The notes under the pieces were generated by a model. That model saw only the letters and a list, made by a program, of their open reading frames with translations, was not told the DNA's origin and did not search any database. The translations under genes and the position numbers were made by a program. A stretch of 64,000 nucleotides of DNA from an uncultured Gammaproteobacteria bacterium (GTDB lineage Bacteria > Patescibacteriota > Microgenomatia > UBA8517): NCBI GenBank assembly GCA_964600575.1, contig CAZRJH010000001.1:223683-287682 (forward strand), in the 5' to 3' direction. The stretch's first letter is position 1, and every line of letters starts with the position of its first letter. Shown in pieces: positions 17,641-27,554 of this stretch.

Positions 17641-19325
17641 TATTTAGTTATCAAATATCTTCCCATTACCAAAAAATCTATCGGGTTGTCGTAAAAATCG
17701 TATAACGCCTGTTCCGGTTTCTCTACAATGGGCTCGCCGTCAACATTATAGCTAGTATTGAGCACACACGGAATTCCTGTTTTGTTGTAAAAAGATTTTA
17801 TGACCTTATAGTACAACCCGTCTGTCGGATTTACAGTTTGCACTCGACAAGTTTTATCTTTGTGTACGACGGCGCTTATTAAATCTATTTTTTCAGATTT
17901 TGTTGGTAAGCAATAGTTCATAAAAGAGAAATTTGTATCGCTTTTGGGAACTTCGAAAAGAAAATTAATTTTATTTTCTAAAACCGAGGCGGCAAAAGGT
18001 CGAAAGGGCTCTCTTTTTTTTATAAGATTTACCTTGTTTTTCATCTCACGATTTTTCGGATTTGCAATTATGGACCTTGACCCGAGGGCCCTTGGTCCAA
18101 ATTCCATCCTACCTTCAAACCAGCCGACGATTTTGTCTTTAATCAACAAATCCGACACTCGTTCCGACAATTCGGTATCACTTTTAAACTTAACAAATTT
18201 TACTTCCTTAATTTTTAGAAGCGTTTCGATATACTCGTCAGAATAGAAATTGCCTAGTTTTAATGATTTCAAAGTTTTTCTTTTCGGATTTTTACCTGTC
18301 AACATATAAACAAAAAGTGCCGCCCCGATTGCACAGCCGCTGTCAACTGTAGCACCGGGATTGAAAACATTTTTAAATTTAGTTTTTTCAAAAATTTTGC
18401 CGTTGGCCAATGAATTTAAAGCAACCCCTCCACCTAACGATAAATTCTTGGATAAAGTTGAGTCATAGAGTTTGTTTAAAACCGAAAAATATATATCTTC
18501 TGTTACCTGCTGTATGCTTGCCGATATATCTTTGTGCCTTTTGCTTATTTTTCCACCGTAGACGCGCGGTTTGCCGAGAAGTTTTTCGAACTCTTTAGTC
18601 CACATCTTGTGAGATCTGTCGTATGAAAAGTATTTTTTATTTACAACAAAATTCCCGTCACCCTGAACATTAATCATTTTAAAAATTTGTTCTTTATATA
18701 TGGGACTGCCGTAAGCGGAAAGACCCATCATTTTGTACTCATCATTGTTAACTTTAAATCCTAAATACGAAGTGAAGGTGGAATAAACAAGCCCTAATGA
18801 GTTGGGGAAATTTAGACTCACTATTTTTTTAAGTTTGTTGCCCGACCCCTTCCACAAAACAGTTGATTCGTATTCACCAACGCCGTCAATTGTTAAAACA
18901 GCCGATTCTTTGTATGGAGACAAAAAATAAGAAAAGGCCGCGTGAGAGGTATGATGCGGCACAAAAAATATTTTGCCTTTAAAACCGGTTTTTTTTCTAA
19001 TTGTTTTTTCGACTTGAATCTTTTCACCAAGTGCGTCTTGAATGGTGTTTAAAAAATACTTAAAGGAAAAAGGAAATGTTTCAACATAAGTCGTGAGTAT
19101 CCTCTCTAGCTTAAGAACTGGTTTTTCGTAATATGCGATCGCATCCAAATCGCCAATAGCTATCCGAGAAAATTCTAGACACTTGTTAATTGCTTGCTCG
19201 GGAAAACCGTTGTCATGTTTAATTCTGGTGAATCGTTCTTCTTCGAAAGCACAAACAACCGATCCGTTCTCTATTATGGCGGCTGCGCTGTCGTGGTAAT
19301 AACTAGATAAACCTAATATTTTCAT
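17640..19325 (-). CDS. NodU/CmcH-family carbamoyltransferase
   Basis: HDSAAA, EEERFTRIKH, HH.SHAA, EFGPRALG.RS, LNTS. Confidence 0.95.
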   Translation of the reverse strand: MKILGLSSYYHDSAAAIIENGSVVCAFEEERFTRIKHDNGFPEQAINKCLEFSRIAIGDLDAIAYYEKPVLKLERILTTYVETFPFSFKYFLNTIQDALGEKIQVEKTIRKKTGFKGKIFFVPHHTSHAAFSYFLSPYKESAVLTIDGVGEYESTVLWKGSGNKLKKIVSLNFPNSLGLVYSTFTSYLGFKVNNDEYKMMGLSAYGSPIYKEQIFKMINVQGDGNFVVNKKYFSYDRSHKMWTKEFEKLLGKPRVYGGKISKRHKDISASIQQVTEDIYFSVLNKLYDSTLSKNLSLGGGVALNSLANGKIFEKTKFKNVFNPGATVDSGCAIGAALFVYMLTGKNPKRKTLKSLKLGNFYSDEYIETLLKIKEVKFVKFKSDTELSERVSDLLIKDKIVGWFEGRMEFGPRALGSRSIIANPKNREMKNKVNLIKKREPFRPFAASVLENKINFLFEVPKSDTNFSFMNYCLPTKSEKIDLISAVVHKDKTCRVQTVNPTDGLYYKVIKSFYNKTGIPCVLNTSYNVDGEPIVEKPEQALYDFYDNPIDFLVMGRYLITK

Positions 19326-19326
19326 A

Positions 19327-19503
19327 TTAAAAAGGTGACTCTAGGTCTTTTTTGTTAAACAACGAATCGGGAACAATCCAAAAGTTGTTAGCCTTATTAT
19401 CTTTTTTAGAAAAATATTTAAAAAACTTGGCAAAGCCCACTCCAAGAACATAAACAGGAATTAAAATGGTTTTAAGAATAAATATGTTAATTTTTTTAAT
19501 CAT
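19327..19503 (-). CDS. Short SxtJ-like membrane protein
   Basis: 58 aa from ATG 19503 (TAATG overlap); IL..VY..G...FW...LESPF pattern; typical carbamoyltransferase neighbour. Confidence 0.6.
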   Translation of the reverse strand: MIKKINIFILKTILIPVYVLGVGFAKFFKYFSKKDNKANNFWIVPDSLFNKKDLESPF

Positions 19504-19652
19504 TAAATGAGAGGGTAGAGAAATATTGGAACAGGGGAAAATTGAACAAAAACAACCAACAAAGAAACAATAATTAAAAATATAAAAAGCGGAATTAACC
19601 AAATTTTTTTAGTTTTGGTTATTAGAATATAAATTTGCCTAAGGGTCTCCAT
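19503..19652 (-). CDS. DUF5989-like 49-aa membrane peptide
   Basis: Manual translation METLRQIYILITKTKKIWLIPLFIFLIIVSLLVVFVQFSPVPIFLYPLI; KK.WL.P and P..F.Y.L pattern; not in the ORF track. Confidence 0.75.
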   Translation of the reverse strand: METLRQIYILITKTKKIWLIPLFIFLIIVSLLVVFVQFSPVPIFLYPLI

Positions 19653-20643
19653 AAGTTTTCATCAAATATGAACCAATTGAGTTCACCACCAAATTGTCAA
19701 AATCTCTTGTTGGGTGAAGTTTGTCGGTTGTGTCTTTTTGCTCATAAGCTTCTGGGCCACCATATGGAAGGGATTCTTCAACCATATCTACATATGGAAT
19801 GCTTCTGTTATTCAACAGTACTTTAATAGTATTTAATTCGCCTGTCCACTGTGATTTACCGAAAATGGGATATATAACAAAAAGAAGATCAGTTTTATTT
19901 TGTGAAGAAATGTGCTCAAGTGTATCAAGCGACTTGTTCATGGAGGCAAGTTTTGAATTCCAAACTTCTGTGCTAGGCCCAGCGTTCTCAAATTTTTTAT
20001 CTAATAATATATTCTTAAAAAGCAAAACCCGATAGATACTTGATTTTTCAAACATGAACTTGTTCAACTTAATACTAGGTTCTTCGGGCGATGACATAAA
20101 AGTTAATTTTCCATCCAAATTAAGAACAACCGGCGAAAAATCGAAGTCGTTTAGTGTAAACTGTATAATTAGGAGATCTGGATTCAACTTTGTTAAATGA
20201 TCTTGAAATAGGCTTACTTCTTGTTTAGTGTTATATGACTCCACGCCAATCTTAACTACTTGAACTTTTTTTTCTTTAAATATGCCCATAGAAATGATAT
20301 TGTCCTCCAAAGGCTTACCTATATTGGCCCGGTTTGTATTGGAGTCTCCCAAAATCATTATTTTAAATGTGTCATCGTCTTCATCTCCCAAAACTTTTGA
20401 GTCATTTTGTTCCTCCAATATTTCGGGGAAAGAACAGTTTCCCCAAACAGGCTCAAAACCCAAGTCAGACGAGGGTTTAAAACAGTTTTCATTGTTAAAG
20501 TTGTCATCAAAACTACGCCAATCTTTTATTGAATTTTCTAGGATCTTTGGCTCGATATATGTGCTGGAAAACATGTCAGAGAATACCAAAGCCAACGAGA
20601 GGAAAACAAAAAAAAGGGTCGCAGAAGTTATTTTGCTTTTCAT
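19639..20643 (-). CDS. SGNH/GDSL hydrolase-family protein, membrane anchored
   Basis: LGDSNT, GVESY, FTLND, DKLHPT. Confidence 0.85.
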   Translation of the reverse strand: MKSKITSATLFFVFLSLALVFSDMFSSTYIEPKILENSIKDWRSFDDNFNNENCFKPSSDLGFEPVWGNCSFPEILEEQNDSKVLGDEDDDTFKIMILGDSNTNRANIGKPLEDNIISMGIFKEKKVQVVKIGVESYNTKQEVSLFQDHLTKLNPDLLIIQFTLNDFDFSPVVLNLDGKLTFMSSPEEPSIKLNKFMFEKSSIYRVLLFKNILLDKKFENAGPSTEVWNSKLASMNKSLDTLEHISSQNKTDLLFVIYPIFGKSQWTGELNTIKVLLNNRSIPYVDMVEESLPYGGPEAYEQKDTTDKLHPTRDFDNLVVNSIGSYLMKTYGDP

Positions 20644-21305
20644 TTTTTGACAGCAACCAAGGACTTAACAAACAAACCATATTTTTCTTTGTAAATTTTT
20701 GCTTCAGGAAAAAGGGTTTCCATATCAGAATAACTCAATAAGTTCCAATCGCTATGTATATGCCTAATGCCCAACCAGTTGATTATCTTTCCAATAAGTA
20801 TTTGGATATTTCTAGGTAAAAAAATAAATAGCACAGGCATTAGCGTATGACTTTCAACTAGAAAGTATTTATTAGGCGTCTGAACAAAAAAACTTTTACC
20901 AACCCTTGCTATCTCTTTAGCAAAAGCTTGTTGTACAACAAAAGCTTTTCTTTTAAAAACTTTGTTACTCATGCCTAAAATTGCCTTTTTGTTTCCGGTT
21001 ACATGTTCTATTACCGAATTGCATAGTACTATATCAAAAGACTTGTCTTTAAAAGGTAGTTTAAAGTCTGCATTAATTATCTTTGTTTTGAAATCATGTT
21101 GCTTATTGGCAATATCAAGTAATTCAATATCATAATCTGCAACAACAATATTTTTTCTGTTAAGTTTGTCTGGGAATTTTTTTATAATTTCGTTTATATA
21201 GCTCCCATCACCTCCGCCAAGATCCAAAACAGTCTGTGTTTTTCGGGGTTTAATGCTTTTAACAAAAAGTCGAGCCCTACTGTTTCTAAAACTATTCAGT
21301 TTCAT
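20640..21305 (-). CDS. Class I SAM-dependent methyltransferase
   Basis: LDLGGGDG, LPFKDKSFD, NSVIEHV, QTPN. Confidence 0.9.
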   Translation of the reverse strand: MKLNSFRNSRARLFVKSIKPRKTQTVLDLGGGDGSYINEIIKKFPDKLNRKNIVVADYDIELLDIANKQHDFKTKIINADFKLPFKDKSFDIVLCNSVIEHVTGNKKAILGMSNKVFKRKAFVVQQAFAKEIARVGKSFFVQTPNKYFLVESHTLMPVLFIFLPRNIQILIGKIINWLGIRHIHSDWNLLSYSDMETLFPEAKIYKEKYGLFVKSLVAVKK

Positions 21306-21354
21306 TTATTTAAGCAACATTATATCTAGAAGATAACGAAATTTCATGGTATAA

Positions 21355-22143
21355 GTGAATGCAAAAATGAAGGTTAAATTTAAAACTGATTACGCAAAAC
21401 GTTTTGCAGAAATTCTACTCGCACTTACAGAAAAAGAAAGTAAGATTAGATACGCCAGAACATTTTTTGGTAAAGGCTGGGTATTGCTTTTTCCTGTTAT
21501 TCAAATGCTAGTAATGGGTTTTATTTTTTCTTTCTTTATTAAGTTACCAAATTATTTTCAATTCTTGTTTGGAGGGCTTTGTATTTGGAATTTTTTTTCA
21601 ATTTCCATAACACGATCTTGCGTTAGTTTGGTCTCAGAGAGAATGTTGGTTCAAAAATCAAAGTTTCCAGTTGAAACGGTACCACTTTCGGTTGTTCTTT
21701 CAAATCTGGAGAACCTCATAATATCCGCAGTGTTGTTCATACTCTATTTGTTAATTACTAACAGCCTCGAGAGTGTCGATATCGCACTTCTATCTTACTC
21801 TCTAATAATGCTTATACTGCTAACGTCTGGTATTTCACTTCTGGTTTCGGTAATAAACGTATTTAGAAGAGACGTAAATTTCATAATACAATCCTTAATT
21901 CCTTTATTGTTTTATGCCACACCTATTTTATATAGACTTGACGACATTCCCGAAAAATTTCGCTTCGTTTTAATGCTAAATCCTATGAGCAGTATTGTAG
22001 TGGGATTCAGGTCTGCTTTCATGAGTCAGGAAACAACTCCATTTAATATGGTTGTTATTAACATTTTTACAGTGACGTTTATTTTTATATTGGGAATCAT
22101 GGTTTTCAAAATCAACAAAAACAAAATACCAGACTATTTATAA
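21355..22143 (+). CDS. Polysaccharide ABC exporter permease (Wzm)
   Basis: RY..T.FG..W, six TM helices, YATPILY, LNP. Confidence 0.9.
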   Translation: MNAKMKVKFKTDYAKRFAEILLALTEKESKIRYARTFFGKGWVLLFPVIQMLVMGFIFSFFIKLPNYFQFLFGGLCIWNFFSISITRSCVSLVSERMLVQKSKFPVETVPLSVVLSNLENLIISAVLFILYLLITNSLESVDIALLSYSLIMLILLTSGISLLVSVINVFRRDVNFIIQSLIPLLFYATPILYRLDDIPEKFRFVLMLNPMSSIVVGFRSAFMSQETTPFNMVVINIFTVTFIFILGIMVFKINKNKIPDYL

Positions 22144-22144
22144 A

Positions 22145-22885
22145 ATGGAAGATTCAAGGGAACTTATAAAATTAACAAACGTAACCAAAGATTTTTATAT
22201 AAAAAGAGGCACCTTTTTCGCCGTAAAGTCTCCAAAGAGAGTTACCGCGGTAAAAAATATTAATTTAACTATTTCAAAAGGCGAACGAATAGGAATAGTG
22301 GGGGCAAATGGTTCAGGAAAAACAACTCTTTTAAAAATTATCTCTGGAATAACAACACCGACAAAAGGAGTAGTGCAAGCAATAGGCAAGATAGTATCAA
22401 TAATGAAAATTGAGGCTGGTTTTAATCAAGATCTCAACGGGTATGAAAATCTAAAACTTAACGGCTTGTTGACCGGAATGTCCGGCAAGGAAATTGAGAG
22501 AAAGACTAAAAAAATAATTAAATTTTCCGAGTTGGAAAAGCATATGGACTCACCACTTTATACTTATTCAGATGGGATGCGCTTTAGGCTTGCTTTGGCT
22601 ATCGCGTTTGCAAGTGAGTGCGACCTGCTTTTGATAGACGAGGTGATAGTCTCAGGAGATATAAATTTTCAAGAAAAGACAATAGACACTATAAACAGCA
22701 TTCAAAAAAAGGGAGGGGCAGCTACAGTTATTACTTCACACATACCTTCCTTTGTTTGGGCATTTTCTAATGTTTTTTATGAAATGCAAAACGGAGAAAT
22801 CAAAAAAATTTCTTACAAAAAAATGGAGAGCGAGGTTAAGAGAGTAGATGCAACTTGGAGAAAAAAGATCTTAACAAAAATATGA
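22145..22885 (+). CDS. Polysaccharide ABC exporter ATPase (Wzt)
   Basis: GANGSGKTT, YSDGMRFRL, LLIDE. Confidence 0.92.
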   Translation: MEDSRELIKLTNVTKDFYIKRGTFFAVKSPKRVTAVKNINLTISKGERIGIVGANGSGKTTLLKIISGITTPTKGVVQAIGKIVSIMKIEAGFNQDLNGYENLKLNGLLTGMSGKEIERKTKKIIKFSELEKHMDSPLYTYSDGMRFRLALAIAFASECDLLLIDEVIVSGDINFQEKTIDTINSIQKKGGAATVITSHIPSFVWAFSNVFYEMQNGEIKKISYKKMESEVKRVDATWRKKILTKI

Positions 22886-23574
22886 AAAAAATACTAAACG
22901 ATTTGGGACTCACAACTTTGCTTAGAATATTAACATTCAGAAGTTTTGATATAAACATTTTCAATAAACAGTTTTCCAAGTTATTAATCGACGTTTATGA
23001 CGGATATTGGGGACATTCAGTTTCAAGAAAAAACGGAGATTTAGGGTTTGGGTTTTTTCATTTTGGACTCATAGCAGCACACAAACCAAAAAGAGTTTTA
23101 TGCGTCGGTTCTCAAAAAGGGTTTATACCCGTTATTTGTGCATTGGCTTGTAAAAGCAACAATAAAGGTCATGTAGATTTTGTTGATGCCGGATTTGATG
23201 AAGGTCACCCAAAAGCCTGGAGTGGCATAGGTTTTTGGAGAAAAGTAAATCTGAATAAGCATTTTGCCAAGGCGGGAGCAGAAAACTGGATAACCACTCA
23301 TGTTTTGACAACAGAGGATTTTGCCAAAAAAAATAAAAGAAGATATGACTATATTTATATTGACGGGGATCATTCCTATGAAGGAGTAAAAAGAGATTAT
23401 AAAATTTTCTGGCCACTACTAAACAAAGGTGGATTTATGGCGTTTCACGATGTTCTAGCAGAAGGGTCGTTTAGATCTAAATATAATTTTGGTGTATGGA
23501 AGTTGTGGAAAGAAATAAAGAATGAAAAAATTTATTTTAGTCGTTTGCCGGGACTGGGAATACTGCAAAAATGA
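22882..23574 (+). CDS. Methyltransf_24-type SAM methyltransferase
   Basis: YIDGDHSYEGV..D and AFHD motifs; ATGA overlap with wzt. Confidence 0.85.
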   Translation: MKKILNDLGLTTLLRILTFRSFDINIFNKQFSKLLIDVYDGYWGHSVSRKNGDLGFGFFHFGLIAAHKPKRVLCVGSQKGFIPVICALACKSNNKGHVDFVDAGFDEGHPKAWSGIGFWRKVNLNKHFAKAGAENWITTHVLTTEDFAKKNKRRYDYIYIDGDHSYEGVKRDYKIFWPLLNKGGFMAFHDVLAEGSFRSKYNFGVWKLWKEIKNEKIYFSRLPGLGILQK

Positions 23575-24758
23575 AATTTCCTGAGAATGCTTCTAATAAA
23601 ATAAAGATGTTTTTGGAGTTTAGTAAAATCAAGTCTTCTTTCTCAAGACAGCACTCTGTGAACATGCTCTCCTTGCTAACCCCAAACATAGATAGAAATG
23701 CTCTCTACGCTCACAAACAACTAATAAAGTTTAACCCCGATAATCACGGAATGTGGGTTAATCAATCCGAAAGGACCAATAAACACAACTCCCAAAGGCT
23801 AGAGTCTGAAGTAATTCAAATGACACTTGGTCTAATGGGTTGCCCAAGCAGTAAATTTACCGGTTACTTGGGCAGCGGGGGCACAGAATCAAATATCTAT
23901 TTGGCATGGGTAGGCAGGAACTATTTAAACAAAAAATTCCCGGGAGGAAATCTTTCGCTGCTAAAAACCGACTTAACACACCACTCAATAGACAAAGCCT
24001 GCAACATTCTCTCGCTCACAAGTCATACCCTAAAACTAAACGAAAAATCGTGGTCTATTGACTTAAACGAGTTTTCAAAAACTATACAAAAATTGTCACA
24101 AACTGGTTACAAAAAGTTTTTACTACCTTTGACTTTGGGTTACACCCTAACAGGAACATCAGATGATGTGGAGGCAATATGCAAGGAGCTAAAAACCCTT
24201 CAAAAAAAGTTAAAAATAAAATTCTATGTTTGGATTGACGCCTCCTTCAACGGTCTGCCATCTGCAGTTAGAACCAACAATTTTAACCCTTTCAAAAATC
24301 CTGAGGTAAAAGGATTGCTTATGGACTTTCATAAAACAGGTTTTGTTTCACTTACAGCTGGCATGATTCTGTTAAGACGCGGTTTCGAAAAAAATGTCGA
24401 GACAAAAAGTATATATCTCGATTTCAAAGATTTCACCTTATCGGGTTCTAGAACAGGCATACGAGCGGCAGAATGTTGGTATACCATTAAGAGTCTAGGG
24501 CGGAAAGGTTACCTGGACAAATACAAACAAATTATCAACAGCAGAAACAAAATAATAAATTTTTTGGAAAATGAAAGTGACTTAAAAATTATATATAATG
24601 ACCAAAGCTTGCATTGCGGTGTTATTCTTAAAAGCAACAAAAGCAAAAAAAGCTTTTATGAAAAAAAATACGGTTTGAAATTTAAGAACACAAAGTTATT
24701 GTTTACAAAAGGAAAATTAAATTTTTTAATAAGCCGATGTTTTTTTATAAATAAATGA
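23571..24758 (+). CDS. Group II PLP-dependent decarboxylase (MfnA/HDC-like)
   Basis: SGGTESN, H.S..KA, IDAS, DFHK (PLP lysine), GSRTG. Confidence 0.85.
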   Translation: MKFPENASNKIKMFLEFSKIKSSFSRQHSVNMLSLLTPNIDRNALYAHKQLIKFNPDNHGMWVNQSERTNKHNSQRLESEVIQMTLGLMGCPSSKFTGYLGSGGTESNIYLAWVGRNYLNKKFPGGNLSLLKTDLTHHSIDKACNILSLTSHTLKLNEKSWSIDLNEFSKTIQKLSQTGYKKFLLPLTLGYTLTGTSDDVEAICKELKTLQKKLKIKFYVWIDASFNGLPSAVRTNNFNPFKNPEVKGLLMDFHKTGFVSLTAGMILLRRGFEKNVETKSIYLDFKDFTLSGSRTGIRAAECWYTIKSLGRKGYLDKYKQIINSRNKIINFLENESDLKIIYNDQSLHCGVILKSNKSKKSFYEKKYGLKFKNTKLLFTKGKLNFLISRCFFINK

Positions 24759-25864
24759 AAACAAATATCCATATCCAAGAATTTACTTTTGACGATGTTC
24801 TTCTTGTTCCAGGAAAGTCAAAATTTGAACTCGCAGAAGAGAACACTATCGAAATTTCTTCATACCTAACTAATAAAATACGCATAAAAAATCCTGTGGT
24901 TTCCGCCAATATGGCGACAGTTACCGAAACGGATATGGCAATCACAATGGCGGATTTGGGTGGGGTTGGAATAATACACCAGTTTATGGATTACGAAAGA
25001 CAACTTAAAGAAGTCAAAAAAGCAAAATCAAGGTCGGAAATAGTCGGTGCGGCAGTTTTTAGTTATGGAAACAAAATTTTAGAACACTCGCTTAACCTAA
25101 AAAGATCTGGCTGCGACGTTCTTGTTGTAGATAGTGCAAACGCACATAACAAACAAGCAATGGATCTTATCTATCAAATTAAAAAAAGGGTCAAAATTCC
25201 ATTAATTGCAGGCAATGTCGCAACAGCAGAAGCAGTTAAAGACTTAGTTAAAATCGGAGTAGACGGAGTAAAAGTCGGTATAGGTCCTGGTTCACATTGT
25301 ACGACAAGGTTAGTAACAGGTTTTGGAAGGCCTCAATTATCAACAATCAAAGATTGTGTTTCGGTAGGTAAAAAATACGGCATTCCCATAATGGCAGACG
25401 GCGGAATCAGAACTCCAGGCGATGCCGTTAAAGCAATAGCTTTTGGTGCAAGCACAGTCATGATTGGCGGTATGTTTGCGGGAACCAAACAAAGTCCCGG
25501 AGATTTGATAAAAAAGAACGGAGCCCTATACAAAATGTCCTGGGGCAACTGCACCAACGAGGCTTATAAGTGGACTTTTTCAAAAGAAAACATCAAGTCT
25601 CAAATTAAAAAAATCATTAAAACCTACTTGTATTCACAAAGGGAGGATTTGTCTTCAAGTTTTTTGGAGGAGGGTGTATCTGGTTTAATAGAATACAAAG
25701 GCGACGTAGAAAAAATATTTTTAGAAATAGCTGGCGGGATAAGGCGCGGCTTATGGTACGGTGGTGCCAAGGATATAAAAGAGTTTCAAAAGAAAATAAA
25801 GTATGTTTTAATCACAAACTCTACACTCCAGGAAAATAAAGCCAGAATTGCAAATGACTTCTAA
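24755..25864 (+). CDS. IMP dehydrogenase / GMP reductase-like oxidoreductase (no CBS domains)
   Basis: [42 protein letters not shown]. Confidence 0.9.
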   Translation: MKTNIHIQEFTFDDVLLVPGKSKFELAEENTIEISSYLTNKIRIKNPVVSANMATVTETDMAITMADLGGVGIIHQFMDYERQLKEVKKAKSRSEIVGAAVFSYGNKILEHSLNLKRSGCDVLVVDSANAHNKQAMDLIYQIKKRVKIPLIAGNVATAEAVKDLVKIGVDGVKVGIGPGSHCTTRLVTGFGRPQLSTIKDCVSVGKKYGIPIMADGGIRTPGDAVKAIAFGASTVMIGGMFAGTKQSPGDLIKKNGALYKMSWGNCTNEAYKWTFSKENIKSQIKKIIKTYLYSQREDLSSSFLEEGVSGLIEYKGDVEKIFLEIAGGIRRGLWYGGAKDIKEFQKKIKYVLITNSTLQENKARIANDF

Positions 25865-26765
25865 AATATTAATAGACACGGACCCGGGTTTCGACGACTC
25901 GATCGCTCTGCTTTTAGCGCTTTCTTCCTGCGAAAATAGAGTGTTTGGAGCAGTATCGGTTTTTGGCAATCATTATTCTAGGCTAACTTATTCTAATTTG
26001 TCGTATGTTGTAGAAATTGCAAAAAGTCTTGGAGGGGATAACCCATTGATTGCTAAAGGTGTAGACAGACCGTTGATTAAAAAATATTCACCATTTTACA
26101 AAATCCACGGCAAAGTAGGTTTAGGCGCGAGCCAACTCGAATATACTAAACATAAAACAATTGTAGACTTCGAGAATGTTTATAAGAATTTTTTAAACAA
26201 AAACATTCCTAACAAAAAAATACTTATGCTTGGACCATTAACAAATCTTGCAAAATACCTTGAAAAATATCCCGAAATGATAAACAAACTTCCGGAAACT
26301 GTTGTAATGGGCGGTTCGTTTTTTACAAAAGGGAACTACTCCGAGTCGATTGAGGCAAATTTCGGACACGACCCAGAGGCAGTATCAGCGGTTTGGGGTT
26401 CCGCTATTAAAAATGTGGTAATTGTTCCACTTGATGTTACCGAAAAGTTTGTGTTTGATCCTGCAGAACTTATCAATATCAAATCTAAAAAATTGAAAAA
26501 TTTCATTAAGATTTCAGGGGAGACATACTTTTCTTATTATAAAAATAACAAAAATGAACCAAAAGTTCCTATCCATGACGCTTTAGCATATATTTACACA
26601 CAGAAACCGGAATATTTCGAGGTATCATACGTGGGCACGAGAATTAAAAAAGATGGACAAATTGTCCTCGACAAAGATTCGAGTAGAAAATGTTTCGTAG
26701 TTTGCAGCTTTAACAAATCAAAGGTATACAACTACTTTTTCAAGCATATGAATTTTTATACTTAA
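25854..26765 (+). CDS. Inosine/uridine-preferring nucleoside hydrolase family
   Basis: DTDPGFDD, GPLTNLA, MGG, EAN...DPEA, PIHD. Confidence 0.92.
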   Translation: MTSKILIDTDPGFDDSIALLLALSSCENRVFGAVSVFGNHYSRLTYSNLSYVVEIAKSLGGDNPLIAKGVDRPLIKKYSPFYKIHGKVGLGASQLEYTKHKTIVDFENVYKNFLNKNIPNKKILMLGPLTNLAKYLEKYPEMINKLPETVVMGGSFFTKGNYSESIEANFGHDPEAVSAVWGSAIKNVVIVPLDVTEKFVFDPAELINIKSKKLKNFIKISGETYFSYYKNNKNEPKVPIHDALAYIYTQKPEYFEVSYVGTRIKKDGQIVLDKDSSRKCFVVCSFNKSKVYNYFFKHMNFYT

Positions 26766-26774
26766 GTTTATTTA

Positions 26775-27554
26775 ATGGATAAATTAACAAAATTAGTTGC
26801 AGAGAAAACAATTGAGCAAAAGTGTGCTTACATATCGGCAGAATTCGTTGAAGACTTACACATCAAGGTCCGCGGTAAGTATGTTAGATTTCATAAAATT
26901 CTCTGGGATTATTTACCAGAATCGAGCACTAAGGTTTTAACAGAAACGGCAAAAGCCGTTTCAAAATTAGCAATTTCTTCAAATGCGGAGATAATTTTAG
27001 GCATAGAAGCATCCGGAATAGCTGTGGCGTCAGTAGCCAGTGTTATATCTGGTAGAAAATTCGGGTTTATAAGAAAGAAGAGTAAAACTTACGGTTTGCA
27101 AAGAATCATCGAAGGTGAGTTTTCAGAAAATAAAAGAGCCATCATCGTCGATAATTTTTACTTTTCAGGTGGAACTCTAAAATCAGCAATTAATAAAGCA
27201 AGGGCAGTAGGGCTAAAAGTCATTCTTGCAGTATGTGTTGACGGATTCACGGAACTAGCAAATCCCAGAATGATTAACGGAGTGCCTGTCAAAATACTTA
27301 TAAACAACAAGGAGAAGGTTAAATATTTACTAAAGAAAAAATACTTTCCTAAAAATCTGACACCTTATATAGCTGATTATATTGAAAATCCGCTTCTTTA
27401 CATTGAAAATTCCGAAACTTATATAAACTTTACCAACGAAATTAAGAAACATAAAAACAATCAGGTTGTTATTGAAACCAAAAACAGAAGCCATCTTAAT
27501 AATTTTTACAAAAAAATATTGAAGTTCCTGAATGCCCTAAAAATACCCATTTAG
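26775..27554 (+). CDS. Type I phosphoribosyltransferase (PyrE-like)
   Basis: GIEASGI, RKKSKTYG...IEG, PRPP loop IIVDNFYFSGGT. Confidence 0.85.
   Translation: MDKLTKLVAEKTIEQKCAYISAEFVEDLHIKVRGKYVRFHKILWDYLPESSTKVLTETAKAVSKLAISSNAEIILGIEASGIAVASVASVISGRKFGFIRKKSKTYGLQRIIEGEFSENKRAIIVDNFYFSGGTLKSAINKARAVGLKVILAVCVDGFTELANPRMINGVPVKILINNKEKVKYLLKKKYFPKNLTPYIADYIENPLLYIENSETYINFTNEIKKHKNNQVVIETKNRSHLNNFYKKILKFLNALKIPI

Noticed and set aside
17640-20643. Saxitoxin biosynthesis cluster
   Set aside because: Only the widespread carbamoyltransferase/SxtJ/DUF5989-type module is present; no sxtA or sxtG-type genes.
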